From the NCBI GenBank assembly GCA_964455555.1, contig CAYVXV010000002.1, positions 67,677-131,676 of the forward strand: 64,000 nucleotides of DNA, read 5' to 3'. Position numbers and translations under genes: made by a program. The number at the start of each line of letters is the position of its first letter. The first letter of the stretch is position 1. This document shows positions 32,491-42,613 of the stretch, piece by piece. Origin of the DNA: an uncultured Pseudomonadales bacterium. Lineage in GTDB: Bacteria; Patescibacteriota; Microgenomatia; UBA1400; PJMF01. The notes beneath the pieces were generated by a model. It did not search any database. It worked only from the letters and a program-made list of their open reading frames with translations, and was not told the DNA's origin.

Positions 32491-33615
32491 CTAAGTATAT
32501 AGATTTAAGAGAATTTTTTCTTCCATTTCCCAATTAAATAATTTTCTTGCTGAAATAGCTTTTGCCTCCTGTTTGTGGACTGCTATTTTATTTAATTGAT
32601 TTAATAATTCCCCCAATTGTTCTTCATGTGGGGAAATAATCCAGCCACATTGATACTCTTCGACAATATTTTTCATTTCAGGGAAATCACTAACTATTAT
32701 TGGAGTACCACCATGGAGATACTCAAATATTTTATTGGGGAGTGATAGGTATACATTTTTACTGGTAGCTTTTGAAATATTAAACCCCACATCAAATTCA
32801 GAAGTGATGGAGGATATATCCTCCATAGGAACTGGAGGATGAAAATGTATATTTGAAAATCTATTACTATATGAAATAACTTTACTTTCCATCGAACCAA
32901 AACCTACAAATACAATATGGTGAGAAGTATTTTTACTAAAAGTTTCTAAAAGCAAATCAATATTTCTATTTGCTCCAAACATTCCAATAAGACCGAATAG
33001 GAGCCCATCTTTTTTTATGCCATACTTCTTTTTTAAATTATACTTACTGTTCTTAGGCTGCTTATAGATAGGGATATTTCGAATTACATGAATTTGACTT
33101 TTAGGAATTGAGTACAATTCAATATATTTATTACGTATTGAATTATTTACAACTATGATTGAATCAATAAATCGTAACGATATTTTTTCAATAATATAGA
33201 AAAATTTGAGAATATAAGAAGGTTCATCTCGTTCAGTTTCTAGTTCATGTGCATCGTAAATTAATTTACTACCTAAGATAAGCTTGGTTGTGACTCCTAT
33301 TAGCAATGTTTCTGTATTGTGACAATGAACTACCTGCGGCTTTTTTAAGACTACTTGAAAAAATGCCATGAATTGCCATAGCAAGTATGAAATGTGTTGG
33401 AATACGCTTCCAGGATTAAATAGGTGTGAAAGATTATTAAGTCGTAGTATCTTAGTCTTATTATTTAATTTTGTAATTTGAGGCAACTTTTTATCACGAA
33501 GAGCAGTAATAAGGTATAACTTCTCTGCGGAGTCTAAACCAGAGATGCTTTTCAACTCTTTTAATATCCTAGAGTCAAACTCCATAAAGTCATAGGTTAG
33601 GTGTACAACAGTCAT
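32491..33615 (-). CDS. GT4 glycosyltransferase
   Basis: DSRILKE, LIYDAHELE, LPNKIFEYL..G.PII.SDFPEM, FNWE.E. Confidence 0.85.
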   Translation of the reverse strand: MTVVHLTYDFMEFDSRILKELKSISGLDSAEKLYLITALRDKKLPQITKLNNKTKILRLNNLSHLFNPGSVFQHISYLLWQFMAFFQVVLKKPQVVHCHNTETLLIGVTTKLILGSKLIYDAHELETERDEPSYILKFFYIIEKISLRFIDSIIVVNNSIRNKYIELYSIPKSQIHVIRNIPIYKQPKNSKYNLKKKYGIKKDGLLFGLIGMFGANRNIDLLLETFSKNTSHHIVFVGFGSMESKVISYSNRFSNIHFHPPVPMEDISSITSEFDVGFNISKATSKNVYLSLPNKIFEYLHGGTPIIVSDFPEMKNIVEEYQCGWIISPHEEQLGELLNQLNKIAVHKQEAKAISARKLFNWEMEEKILLNLYT

Positions 33616-34667
33616 TTGAGAAGTGCCCTTGCAATCTTTTCAGAACTTTTTCCATCACCATACAAATTATTTTCCATTTCCATTACTTGCAGTATTTTAT
33701 CGACTTTACTTTGTATATCTGCTGGTTCAGAAAGTATATTCCATCCTAGTTCAATTAATTCTCTCCACGCCGTGTCTTCCATAATTACAATAGCTCTCTT
33801 TTTTGCAAAATAGGCTTCTTTTTGCAAACCACCACTATCAGTTAAAACAAATGCACAGTTTTGTAATAAACCCATAATTTCAAAGTACCCTACGGGTTCA
33901 ATTACCTTGACATTATTTAGTAATCCATCTAATTTAAATGAGTTAATCCTTTTCTTTGTTCTTGGATGTATGGGTAATACTATTTGGTAATCGTTGGCCA
34001 ACTTATTTAATTGAGATAATATTATTCTTAAAGTTCTCTTATTATCTACGTTAAAATCTCGATGCAATGTACATAAAATGTATTTATTGGCTTCAAGTCC
34101 CAATTTTTTTGGAAACTTCTTATTAAATTGAGGCTCAAGTTTTAGATATAAATCATACATAACATCACCAGTTAAATAAACGTTATTTGAAATATTTTCT
34201 CTTCTTAAGTTGTCTACACATAATTTGCTTGGTGCAAAGTGCATCGTAGACAAGTGATCAGTCATTACTCGATTAATTTCTTCAGGCATATCGTTTGGAC
34301 TCATTCTTAAGCCTGCTTCAACATGTGCAACATCAATTTTCATTTTTCTCGCCACTAGAGCGCCTGCCGCAGTAGTGTTGGTATCACCATACACTACAAC
34401 CATGTCTGGCTTTTCTTTGGAAACAACCTCTTCAAAAGATCTCATTATTTCAGCCGTCATTACTGCATGGGAGGCTGACCCAATGTTTAGGTTGTATTTA
34501 GGTGAATGTATTTTAAGATGATCGAAAAAAACATCAGATAAAATCCTGTCATAATGCTGACCAGAGTTTACTAATACTTCCTCAATTCCCCGCTCAAGAA
34601 ATTTTGGCTGAACTGCTGCTTCTTTTATAAATTGTGGCCGTGCGCCAACTAGTGAAATTATTTTCAT
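33612..34667 (-). CDS. wbpI: Non-hydrolysing UDP-HexNAc 2-epimerase (WbpI/WecB type)
   Basis: GARPQFIK, GQHYD, YGDTN, HVEAGLR, MPEEINR, HPRT, TDSGGLQKEAY. The GARPQFIK start is typical of the WbpI branch. Confidence 0.82.
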   Translation of the reverse strand: MKIISLVGARPQFIKEAAVQPKFLERGIEEVLVNSGQHYDRILSDVFFDHLKIHSPKYNLNIGSASHAVMTAEIMRSFEEVVSKEKPDMVVVYGDTNTTAAGALVARKMKIDVAHVEAGLRMSPNDMPEEINRVMTDHLSTMHFAPSKLCVDNLRRENISNNVYLTGDVMYDLYLKLEPQFNKKFPKKLGLEANKYILCTLHRDFNVDNKRTLRIILSQLNKLANDYQIVLPIHPRTKKRINSFKLDGLLNNVKVIEPVGYFEIMGLLQNCAFVLTDSGGLQKEAYFAKKRAIVIMEDTAWRELIELGWNILSEPADIQSKVDKILQVMEMENNLYGDGKSSEKIARALLK

Positions 34668-34677
34668 AGAAATTATA

Positions 34678-36237
34678 TTAGTTTTTAAATTTTAATTTTT
34701 TTGTGATTAAACTAACTGTATACACCACGTCGTTTCGCAATTCCTTTTGTATTAAAATAAAAGTGGTAAAAATAAGAGTGTAAACTCCTCCTGCAACTAA
34801 GATTTGAGGAAGACCTCTTGGATCAGGTTTTAAAATATACACAAATAAAACAACAGTTACTAATAAACCAATCAACTTTACATATATACTCAATGGGATT
34901 TTAAAACTCACCATCGTACTAATCAAAAATAAATTTCCAAGCATACTAAACAAATAAATTAATAATCCACTCCATACAGCACCAATTAATCCAAATTGAC
35001 TAACTAAAATGGTGCCTGCAATTATACTAAGGATAACAGCCCCGATTGCAATATATAGCCTTTCTTTTATTAGTCCCAATCCCGAAACAATGGTGCTTAA
35101 AAAACCATTTATTAGGTATATTATGAATCCAATTGCCATAATTCTCAAAGGTACGCTGGCGATACTCATCCACTTAGATCCAAATAATGTCTGAATTAGA
35201 GGCTCTGGGAACAAAAATATGAATAAGCAAAAGTACACTGATATCAAAGGACCAATTTTTAACATTTTTTCAGTAACTTGTGCCAACTGAGAGGGCGATT
35301 TTTCATGTAGTCCAGAAACGAGTGGTATAAATGATTTCCACAAGGGTACTAAAAAGATTTGAGGTACACCTACAATTGGAAGAATAATATTATAAGCACC
35401 AACAGCAGCTAATCCTGCAAAATAGGTCAAGAAAAAAATATTTATAAAACTTAAAATCGTTCCTGCGGTAGTGTTCAGAATACTTGGAATAGCGTAGGCA
35501 AGCATTTTATTAAAAAGAGCCCCATCCCATTTTGGCAACTCTATTATATGCCTGAAATCTAAAAAGAATTTCCCAAATATAATTATTGCAGTCAGCAGAT
35601 AGGCTAGCGACCAAAAAAGAAAGTACATATTAACTGAACTAACTCCTGAAAAATACAAATATGCAGTTCCTGCCAATACTAAGCCATAGTACAAAACATC
35701 AATTGCACTATAGATGTTTTCACGCTCATACCCGATATAAAATTTTCGAAAAGCACTTACTATGCTGTGTGATATAAAAAAAATAATACCAATTTTTAAT
35801 AAAGGAACAGCTAATATTTCCTTAAAATATAACTCTGCTAGCCAGTTAGTTGAAAAAAATATTGCAATACTTAACAATGCAGATGTTCCCATTTCAATTA
35901 TGAGATCATATGCAAAAGTGTTCCAGATTGACGATGGTTTATTATGTTTTTTAAATTTTGGAATAAAGTAAGCAACACTATAACCAAATCCCAAATCATT
36001 ATAGTTGCTCAAAATTGTAAACACTGCCATCACCGCATAAAACAACCCAAACATCTCTTGAGATAATGAGCGAGAGAGAAGCATGCGGATAAAATAACCC
36101 AAGGGTGCGCTTAGCAAAGCAAATAATAAGATTGTAATACTGCTTTTGGTGATTTTACCCCTTAATGCAGCTGTTTCATCAATACCAGTACCAACATCAA
36201 TTTCTGAGGCAGCTATTGTATTTTTTGGTTCTTGCAT
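34678..36237 (-). CDS. wzx: Wzx-like polysaccharide flippase
   Basis: About 14 TM, L.R.LS..MFG, DLG and VG.Y; MOP-superfamily pattern. Confidence 0.8.
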   Translation of the reverse strand: MQEPKNTIAASEIDVGTGIDETAALRGKITKSSITILLFALLSAPLGYFIRMLLSRSLSQEMFGLFYAVMAVFTILSNYNDLGFGYSVAYFIPKFKKHNKPSSIWNTFAYDLIIEMGTSALLSIAIFFSTNWLAELYFKEILAVPLLKIGIIFFISHSIVSAFRKFYIGYERENIYSAIDVLYYGLVLAGTAYLYFSGVSSVNMYFLFWSLAYLLTAIIIFGKFFLDFRHIIELPKWDGALFNKMLAYAIPSILNTTAGTILSFINIFFLTYFAGLAAVGAYNIILPIVGVPQIFLVPLWKSFIPLVSGLHEKSPSQLAQVTEKMLKIGPLISVYFCLFIFLFPEPLIQTLFGSKWMSIASVPLRIMAIGFIIYLINGFLSTIVSGLGLIKERLYIAIGAVILSIIAGTILVSQFGLIGAVWSGLLIYLFSMLGNLFLISTMVSFKIPLSIYVKLIGLLVTVVLFVYILKPDPRGLPQILVAGGVYTLIFTTFILIQKELRNDVVYTVSLITKKLKFKN

Positions 36238-36238
36238 A

Positions 36239-36934
36239 TCAGTTATTCGTACTTAGATTTTTAGATACAAATGTAAAGTTCCAATGATCTCTCCAAATTA
36301 ATTGGTAGCCACATTCTATTAAATACGAAATAGTATTCATTACCCCTCTCTTAGAATACGGCTGATCAAATTCGACACAAATTACAGCAATGCTTATCTT
36401 ATTTTCAATGATATCTTTTATTACTTTATGCTCCGCACCTTCAATGTCTAGTTTTAGCAAATCCAAATGATTGTGTCCGAGTTCATCCATAATTGAATTT
36501 AAACTCTTACATTCTGCTACAAAAAAACTATCTGTTTCTTGTAGGTTTAATATAGAGTGAGACACATGTGTTGGATCAGCGGGTTGGTAAAACTTCTTTT
36601 CTTCATCTTTATTCCAGATTCCATAGGGATAGAATTGCAATTTATCTGAAACAAATTGCTTAATATACTCAATTGACCTAGGCGTAGGATCAAATGCAAC
36701 AACCTTACATTTATACTCCTTAATAAGTTCTTTATCAAATGAAATATTTTCACCAACACCCGCTGAATAACAAATAGCATTTTCATCCAAAATGTTTGTT
36801 GGTATAAACCACCCACCATAGTCATCTCCATACTTTTTTACCACAGTGCGTGTCCTGGTATATAACAGATCAATAAAGTATAAAAATATCAGGTTTTGTA
36901 AATATGAAATAATATCTTTAGTCATAGTTGCCAT
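36239..36934 (-). CDS. FkbM-family SAM-dependent methyltransferase
   Basis: YGGW, YSAGVGENISFD, FDPTP, DLLKLDIEGAE. Confidence 0.85.
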   Translation of the reverse strand: MATMTKDIISYLQNLIFLYFIDLLYTRTRTVVKKYGDDYGGWFIPTNILDENAICYSAGVGENISFDKELIKEYKCKVVAFDPTPRSIEYIKQFVSDKLQFYPYGIWNKDEEKKFYQPADPTHVSHSILNLQETDSFFVAECKSLNSIMDELGHNHLDLLKLDIEGAEHKVIKDIIENKISIAVICVEFDQPYSKRGVMNTISYLIECGYQLIWRDHWNFTFVSKNLSTNN

Positions 36935-37029
36935 GGATACAACTTATCATTTTTATGATAATTGTGGCAGAACATAATTTTTTACTGTAATTATTAGTCA
37001 AGTCTACCGATTTAATGTACACTTAATCT

Positions 37030-38307
37030 ATGGTTGTCAAATCCCTCTTTAAATCCCGCGGCCTCTACCAGTCCTTCATCATTATGGTGGGTTCTTTGGT
37101 GGCTTCCGGGCTCTCGGCTATTTCGCTTATTCTGATCACCCGTCAGCTGGGTCCAGCCAAGTTTGGCGAGTTCTCGGTTGGTTTTGCCATTTTGCTGATC
37201 TTGGTGCGCCTTAATGACCTGGGAATGACCAATGTGGTACAAAAATATGCTGCCAGGGAAGAGGACCGGGCCAAAGCCAACAAAATCTTTTCATTTGCCA
37301 CCCGGGTACGGCTCATCGGCACCCTAGTTATCTGGGTCTCGGGTTTGCTGCTGGCCCGACCTATTGCCGATCTGCTCAACTTCTCCGAACCGCTGATTAT
37401 TTATCTGGCTTTTTTCCTGAGCACCGGCATTTCCATGTACGAGCACATCCAGGCCATGCTGCAATCCCTGCACCGCTTTGGCCAGGCTGCCTGGATTAAT
37501 ATTCTGCAGGCAATTGCTAAGGTTCTCGGGGCAGCGGTGCTCTTCTTTACCGCTTCGCACGCCACAGTACCGATTTTTGCCTGGTATGTCTTTGCCCCTG
37601 CGCTGCCGCTTTTGTTCCTGCCCATTTACTTCCCTAAGTGGGTCAAGATCCGCCTCCAGGATAAATTCTCCGACCAGAAAAAACTGCTCACGGTGATGGC
37701 CGGCCACTCAGCGGTGGCTTTCATTGCTGCCGGTATTATTGAGAATATTGATGTCTTATTTGTTCAGCGCTATCTCAGTACCTATGAAGCCGGTTTGCTA
37801 GGTGGGGTTGGACGGGTGGCTTTGCTATTTTCTATCCTGGCTTATGCCCTGAGCTCGGTTTTAAACCCACGGGTGGCTAAATATACCAATGCCAAGGACC
37901 TCAGGGCTTTCTTTAAAAAAGCCTGGCTAATGGCAGGAGCTGCTATGTTGTTCCTGATTGCTTATCTGCCTTTTTCAAAACTGATCCTGCTTTATACCAT
38001 CGGCGAGCAATACCTACCCGGTCTCGATATCATGAATATTCTGGTGGCTTCATCACTTATGACGGTAGCAGTGGTGCCTTTTATTGCCTTTTTCTTTAGC
38101 ATTGACCGTCCCTGGTATTTTTCAGTCAGCGGCCTCACGCAGCTGGCAATAATCCTGGTTGGAAACGGTGTCTTTGTACCTATTTACGGTCTGGAGGCAG
38201 CTGCTTGGACCAGGCTTTTAGCCAGGGCATTTCTGTTTATTATGACCGCGGGCTTGGCGCTCTATTTTATGCGGGATATTAACGTCAAGAGAGGGGTAAA
38301 TGCTTAA
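37030..38307 (+). CDS. Wzx-like oligosaccharide flippase
   Basis: About 12 TM, RQLGPA.FGEF, DLG, D...V...LS..EAG, LNPRV, YGL..AAW. Confidence 0.8.
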   Translation: MVVKSLFKSRGLYQSFIIMVGSLVASGLSAISLILITRQLGPAKFGEFSVGFAILLILVRLNDLGMTNVVQKYAAREEDRAKANKIFSFATRVRLIGTLVIWVSGLLLARPIADLLNFSEPLIIYLAFFLSTGISMYEHIQAMLQSLHRFGQAAWINILQAIAKVLGAAVLFFTASHATVPIFAWYVFAPALPLLFLPIYFPKWVKIRLQDKFSDQKKLLTVMAGHSAVAFIAAGIIENIDVLFVQRYLSTYEAGLLGGVGRVALLFSILAYALSSVLNPRVAKYTNAKDLRAFFKKAWLMAGAAMLFLIAYLPFSKLILLYTIGEQYLPGLDIMNILVASSLMTVAVVPFIAFFFSIDRPWYFSVSGLTQLAIILVGNGVFVPIYGLEAAAWTRLLARAFLFIMTAGLALYFMRDINVKRGVNA

Positions 38308-39898
38308 AAATCTGAGAGGTTTCTTTGACAAATATCCATGTGCATTATTTGCTCGCTTGGTATTGGGCTATTTGCTCCTAACCTTGCCAGCACTGCTATC
38401 AACCAATCATATTCTCTACAACTTAGAGCCATACCCTGATGGCCTCCTCTACGCACTCTCTGCCCGCAATGCTGCAGAGGGCAGGGGGCTGCAGCTGGTA
38501 AATGAGGACTCAGTCATCCCTATCTGGGTGCCGCCGCTCTATGCCTACTCACTTGTTCCCGGCTACGCACTATCCAGTTCTCCGAACATATATTACGTTA
38601 TAAATGTTTTATTTGGAGTGCTGGCACTTGTACTACTGATGTACCTAGCCAAGAAAATGTTTAAAAGCCCGCTGGCAGGGATAATTGCCGGGGGAGTTTA
38701 CCTGGCTCACGCTCTGGTGACCTGGGTAGCCAGTGTGCCCATGACCGAAAACTTGTCACCGCTGTTGCTGCTGATGGCTCTAACCGGTTTACTGCTGCCC
38801 AGAAGAAAAATCTGGCTGACGGTTTCCCTGGCTGGAATCCTTGGTTTATTTTTAACCCGCTATTCCGTGATCTTAACCGTCTTGATCCTGGCGGCTTTAC
38901 TGGTTGCGCGTTATGCTTGGGGCAAAAACCGTCAGCTTTATACCGTTTCAGCAATAGTAGGCCTTTTGGCCGCTTCGGCCGCAGCCCTGATACTTTCCAC
39001 TCTCAGCAGCCTGAATATATTTACTGTCGCCAGAAGCTTTGTCAGTGCCCTGATGAACGGCACCCAGTATTTCAACCTAGCATTTATCCCCAATAATTTT
39101 GTTCAATATTCTAAAAGCCTACTGGGCTTTCCCACTCAGTTTCTTTGGCAGAATAAGGCCTTTTCTTCAGCTGCCATCACCTTGCCCACACTAGGCTATC
39201 TTCTGCTTCAACTAAATCAAAGGGGTCTCAAGCAAAAATGGCAAAGTCTGGTAATTTTACTGGTTTTTCTATCCCAATACCCAATACTGTTGGTCTTTTA
39301 CACCGTTGATACCCGCTACAGCATTTTGGGCCTTCCGCTCTTGGCCTTAGGTGCAGCCGGTCTTTTTAGTTATCTCAAAAACAAGCATACTCTAAAGATT
39401 GCCGGAGTCGTCCTAGCCCTTATGCTGGGAATCCTAGGTGTAACCCAGCTACCGCTTTACCGCGAAATTTTAGCCAATAATATCCTGCACCGCTCTCAAG
39501 CTTGGCAGTATGAATCGATTCAGCACTTTAACAGTTTTTTTGAGACCAATAACAACCCTGAAGCTATACTTATCACTGCACTGCCGCCTCATTTAGTTGA
39601 AGCTTACCAAAACACTCCCTACAGGCTTTTGCCGCTTTCCGAAAAACAGGAATTTATGCAAAAGAAACTCGATGCCTGGGGCAGCGATGTTTTTTATGAA
39701 GACTTAACCCAAGAGTATGTCCTGAGGCTAGAGAGAGGAGAGCAAATATATATCTCCAATGCTTATATTACCCATCAACATGAAGTAGTTGAAGATTTTG
39801 AACGCTTGGGTCGGGAATTTAATTTAAAACAAGTTTCGGAGGGTTGTGATGGTGCCTGCAATCTTTATCTGCTTCAGCCGCTGCCTGTCCAAAATTAG
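38300..39898 (+). CDS. Polytopic GT-C-like glycosyltransferase
   Basis: EPYPDGLLY...ARN..EG.G, PPLY, MTENL, TRYS, DTRY; C-terminal soluble domain with a C-x3-C (CDGAC) motif. Confidence 0.7.
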   Translation: MLKNLRGFFDKYPCALFARLVLGYLLLTLPALLSTNHILYNLEPYPDGLLYALSARNAAEGRGLQLVNEDSVIPIWVPPLYAYSLVPGYALSSSPNIYYVINVLFGVLALVLLMYLAKKMFKSPLAGIIAGGVYLAHALVTWVASVPMTENLSPLLLLMALTGLLLPRRKIWLTVSLAGILGLFLTRYSVILTVLILAALLVARYAWGKNRQLYTVSAIVGLLAASAAALILSTLSSLNIFTVARSFVSALMNGTQYFNLAFIPNNFVQYSKSLLGFPTQFLWQNKAFSSAAITLPTLGYLLLQLNQRGLKQKWQSLVILLVFLSQYPILLVFYTVDTRYSILGLPLLALGAAGLFSYLKNKHTLKIAGVVLALMLGILGVTQLPLYREILANNILHRSQAWQYESIQHFNSFFETNNNPEAILITALPPHLVEAYQNTPYRLLPLSEKQEFMQKKLDAWGSDVFYEDLTQEYVLRLERGEQIYISNAYITHQHEVVEDFERLGREFNLKQVSEGCDGACNLYLLQPLPVQN

Positions 39899-39899
39899 C

Positions 39900-40343
39900 C
39901 TACTTAATTACTGTCCCTAAATAATCTAACACCTCTTTGGCATGATTATTGGGAGTAACCTTTTCCCAGACTTGGATAATCACTCCCTCGGGATCGATTA
40001 CAAAGGTACTGCGGATAACTTTTTCCTGCCAAACATCAAATGCTTTAATCAACTCCAGATCGGGATCAGACCAAAGCTCGAACCGAAGGCCCTGGTTCAG
40101 CCTAAATTTGGCATGAGACTCAACCGAGTCCCTGCTCACTCCAATCACCTCCACACCCAAATCCTCAAAACTGGAATGATAATCGCGAAAGGACTGAGCC
40201 TCCAGTGTACAGCCGGGTGTGTTGTCCCGGGGGTAAAAATACAGCACCACGTACTTGCCGCGTTTATGCATTAAGTTCACGCTATTGCCGTTGGAATCTT
40301 GTAGGTAAATGTGAGCTGGAGCCTGTTGTCCTGGTTGCAGCAT
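39900..40343 (-). CDS. bcp: Peroxiredoxin BCP/PrxQ
   Basis: VVLYFYPRDNTPGCTLEA..FRD, GVSRD, RSTFVID. Start placed at ATG 40343. Confidence 0.92.
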   Translation of the reverse strand: MLQPGQQAPAHIYLQDSNGNSVNLMHKRGKYVVLYFYPRDNTPGCTLEAQSFRDYHSSFEDLGVEVIGVSRDSVESHAKFRLNQGLRFELWSDPDLELIKAFDVWQEKVIRSTFVIDPEGVIIQVWEKVTPNNHAKEVLDYLGTVIK

Positions 40344-40430
40344 ACCTATTTTATAGCACAAATACAATCATTTTGGAAGGGTGCATCAATCTATATTGCC
40401 TGCCTCACTTAGGCAGTTTAACTAAAATAC

Positions 40431-40966
40431 CTAGGTGTAGCTGCCCCTTTTTGGCGGAAGATGGCTGCGAGTTGGAGTTGAACCAATTTCTTGGCTTAAG
40501 TCAGACACCGGAGCTCCCGGAGCGGCTGTTGGTGTTGGCTGCGGCCCTGCTTCATTGTCTGGCATATACTCCGGGAGGGCAGGAATATTTAATTTATTTC
40601 CGGGATGAATTACCGACTGGAGTGTCATTCCATTCGCTTTGGCAATCTCTTCTGCAGCGTACATTAAATCTAGGCTTGCTTCAGAAACCCTATGCACATA
40701 ATTGGGGTAAACTTTTTTGGCAATCAGAAAAAATCCATCTCCCGGGACAATTTCGTAGGTGCGGGTTTCTGAACTAATTGGTTTGAGATTATCGGCTGGC
40801 AATGGTTTAGTGTCTGGCATCGGGGCAGCAACAGGCTTGCTTTCCCGATTCATTACTGCAACACCCATAGCAGCGGTCCCCACACCCAGAGCAGCCAATA
40901 GTGTAGCTTTGAGCTTCTTGAAGCCCCTTGGTTTTTATTGATTTGATATGCTTCGGGAATTGCCAT
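40431..40966 (-). CDS. Membrane-anchored LysM-domain protein, reading frame interrupted at an A5 run
   Basis: LysM-like YEIVPGDGFFLIAKK...IAKANGM....IHPGNKLNIP with Pro-rich linkers. The ATG at 40966, with a GAGGA SD, joins the main frame only if one A is added at 40932-40936. Confidence 0.7.
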
Positions 40967-41095
40967 CTTGTTCCTCGCCTGGTCTGCTACTTTTTGTGAC
41001 TAACAAGGCAAATTGTCTATGCCCACATAGATTAATTCTACATTATAATGGCTGAAAGCATCAAATACTTACAGTCTATACTGTTCAGGCACCTC

Positions 41096-42613
41096 ATGAT
41101 GTCAAGTCTAAAAAAACACCTCGGAATAATCCTAATTTTGCTTCTAGCCTTCTTTGTCCGCCTGCCGCTGCTGAGCGGATCTCTCTGGATGGACGAAGCT
41201 GCCCAGGTGCTGGAAAGCGAACGGTCTTTTTTTGAACAAACCGATATTGTTCAGGACTTCCAGCCTCCCCTGATGCATTATTTACTACATTTTGCCCTTC
41301 AATTAAATGCTTCTGAGGCCTGGCTCAGGCTAGTTGGGGCTCTTTTGCCTGGGCTGATTACTATCTGGGCTACCTATCAAATTGGCAAGTTATTGTATTC
41401 CAAAAATGTCGGCCTGCTTACTAGCTTGCTGCTGTCCATTTCCTCGTTCCACGTTTTCTTTTCCCAGGAACTTAGACCCTACTCTCTACCAGCCATGTTT
41501 GCCCTGTTGTCCTGGCTGGCACTTCTTCAGTTCAGCCGGGCCAATTACAAAAAAATTATCTCCACACCGCTGGTTATGTTTACCGTTTTTACAATCCTCG
41601 GCTTATATTCTGGCTATCTTTACCCATTTTTGTTCTTCTCACAGTTAGTCTATTTACTGATCTTCTCCAGGCGTTTTGTGCCTCATATAGCCTTTACTGT
41701 CATCATGAGTGCTTTGGCATACCTGCCCTGGCTGCCAATGTTCCTCAGGCAACTTGAGGCAGGAGGACTGGTACGGGCGGAGTTGCCGGGTTGGGAAACC
41801 GCTGTCAGCACTCCTCAGCTTAAATCTTTGCCGCTAACTTTTGGCAAATTTATCTATGGCGTCATGGATCTGGAGTTGTCTGCTTTCTTCTTGGTGAGTT
41901 TAGCTGTGCTTATTGCGCTCGGCGCCGCACTCAAATTTTCCCGGCCGTTTACTAATTGGGTAAGGTTCGGCAAAGACAACCTGGCTTTGGTTGTCTGGCT
42001 GCTCCTGCCTTTTTTTACTGCCTGGATTGTTTCTTTCTTTGTCCCGGTGATTCAGCCGAAACGGCTTATGTTCCTTTTGCCGCCATTTTTGCTGGTCCTC
42101 AGTGTCTTTGCCACGGATTTTTGGAAGGACAACGTTAAATCATTTTTTCTCAAAAATGTTTCAGCCAGCTTATTAGTAGTCTATATATTTATTTCAATTG
42201 TCTCGCTCTACAGCTATTGGACAAAACCAGAGCTGCAAAGAGAAAATTGGCGCTCACTCCAGCAGGAAATTTCCATGAGCTTTCCGCCTAGCCAAACTGT
42301 GGTTGTTTTTTCTTTTCCAGAAGCAATCTCTGCCTGGAGATATTATGACCGCGGAAACTACCCTGTTTATGCCACCGGCTCTCTGCATATTCAAGATGCT
42401 CCAAATTTAACGGCCAGACTTCAACAACTGGATCGTTATGAATATTTGCTGGTTTTTGATTATTTAAGGGATCTTACCGACCCTGAAGACAGGCTTTTAT
42501 GGGAAATAAAAGAGCTGGGTTATCAGGAAACAGCTGTGCTGAACTATCCTAACATTGGCTTCATCAGGGTTTACACCAAAACAGGTGAATTTTTAGCTTC
42601 TGAAATAATTTAA
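41096..42613 (+). CDS. PMT/ArnT-like (GT-C) glycosyltransferase
   Basis: SLWMDEAAQ, DFQPPL, FSQELRPYSL, PWLP, QRENWR. Confidence 0.85.
   Translation: MMSSLKKHLGIILILLLAFFVRLPLLSGSLWMDEAAQVLESERSFFEQTDIVQDFQPPLMHYLLHFALQLNASEAWLRLVGALLPGLITIWATYQIGKLLYSKNVGLLTSLLLSISSFHVFFSQELRPYSLPAMFALLSWLALLQFSRANYKKIISTPLVMFTVFTILGLYSGYLYPFLFFSQLVYLLIFSRRFVPHIAFTVIMSALAYLPWLPMFLRQLEAGGLVRAELPGWETAVSTPQLKSLPLTFGKFIYGVMDLELSAFFLVSLAVLIALGAALKFSRPFTNWVRFGKDNLALVVWLLLPFFTAWIVSFFVPVIQPKRLMFLLPPFLLVLSVFATDFWKDNVKSFFLKNVSASLLVVYIFISIVSLYSYWTKPELQRENWRSLQQEISMSFPPSQTVVVFSFPEAISAWRYYDRGNYPVYATGSLHIQDAPNLTARLQQLDRYEYLLVFDYLRDLTDPEDRLLWEIKELGYQETAVLNYPNIGFIRVYTKTGEFLASEII

Noticed and set aside
26961-34667. Evidence of LPS O-antigen
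   Set aside because: wbp-type genes only specify a nucleotide sugar. No lipid A, core or Lpt genes are in the window, so the carrier cannot be assigned.
31951-36934. Site-specific invertible segment (minus-strand half of the cassette)
   Set aside because: No flanking inverted repeats or invertase were seen; convergent operons explain it adequately.
40205-40777. 190-aa plus-strand ORF
   Set aside because: Overlaps bcp and the LysM gene on the opposite strand; shadow ORF.
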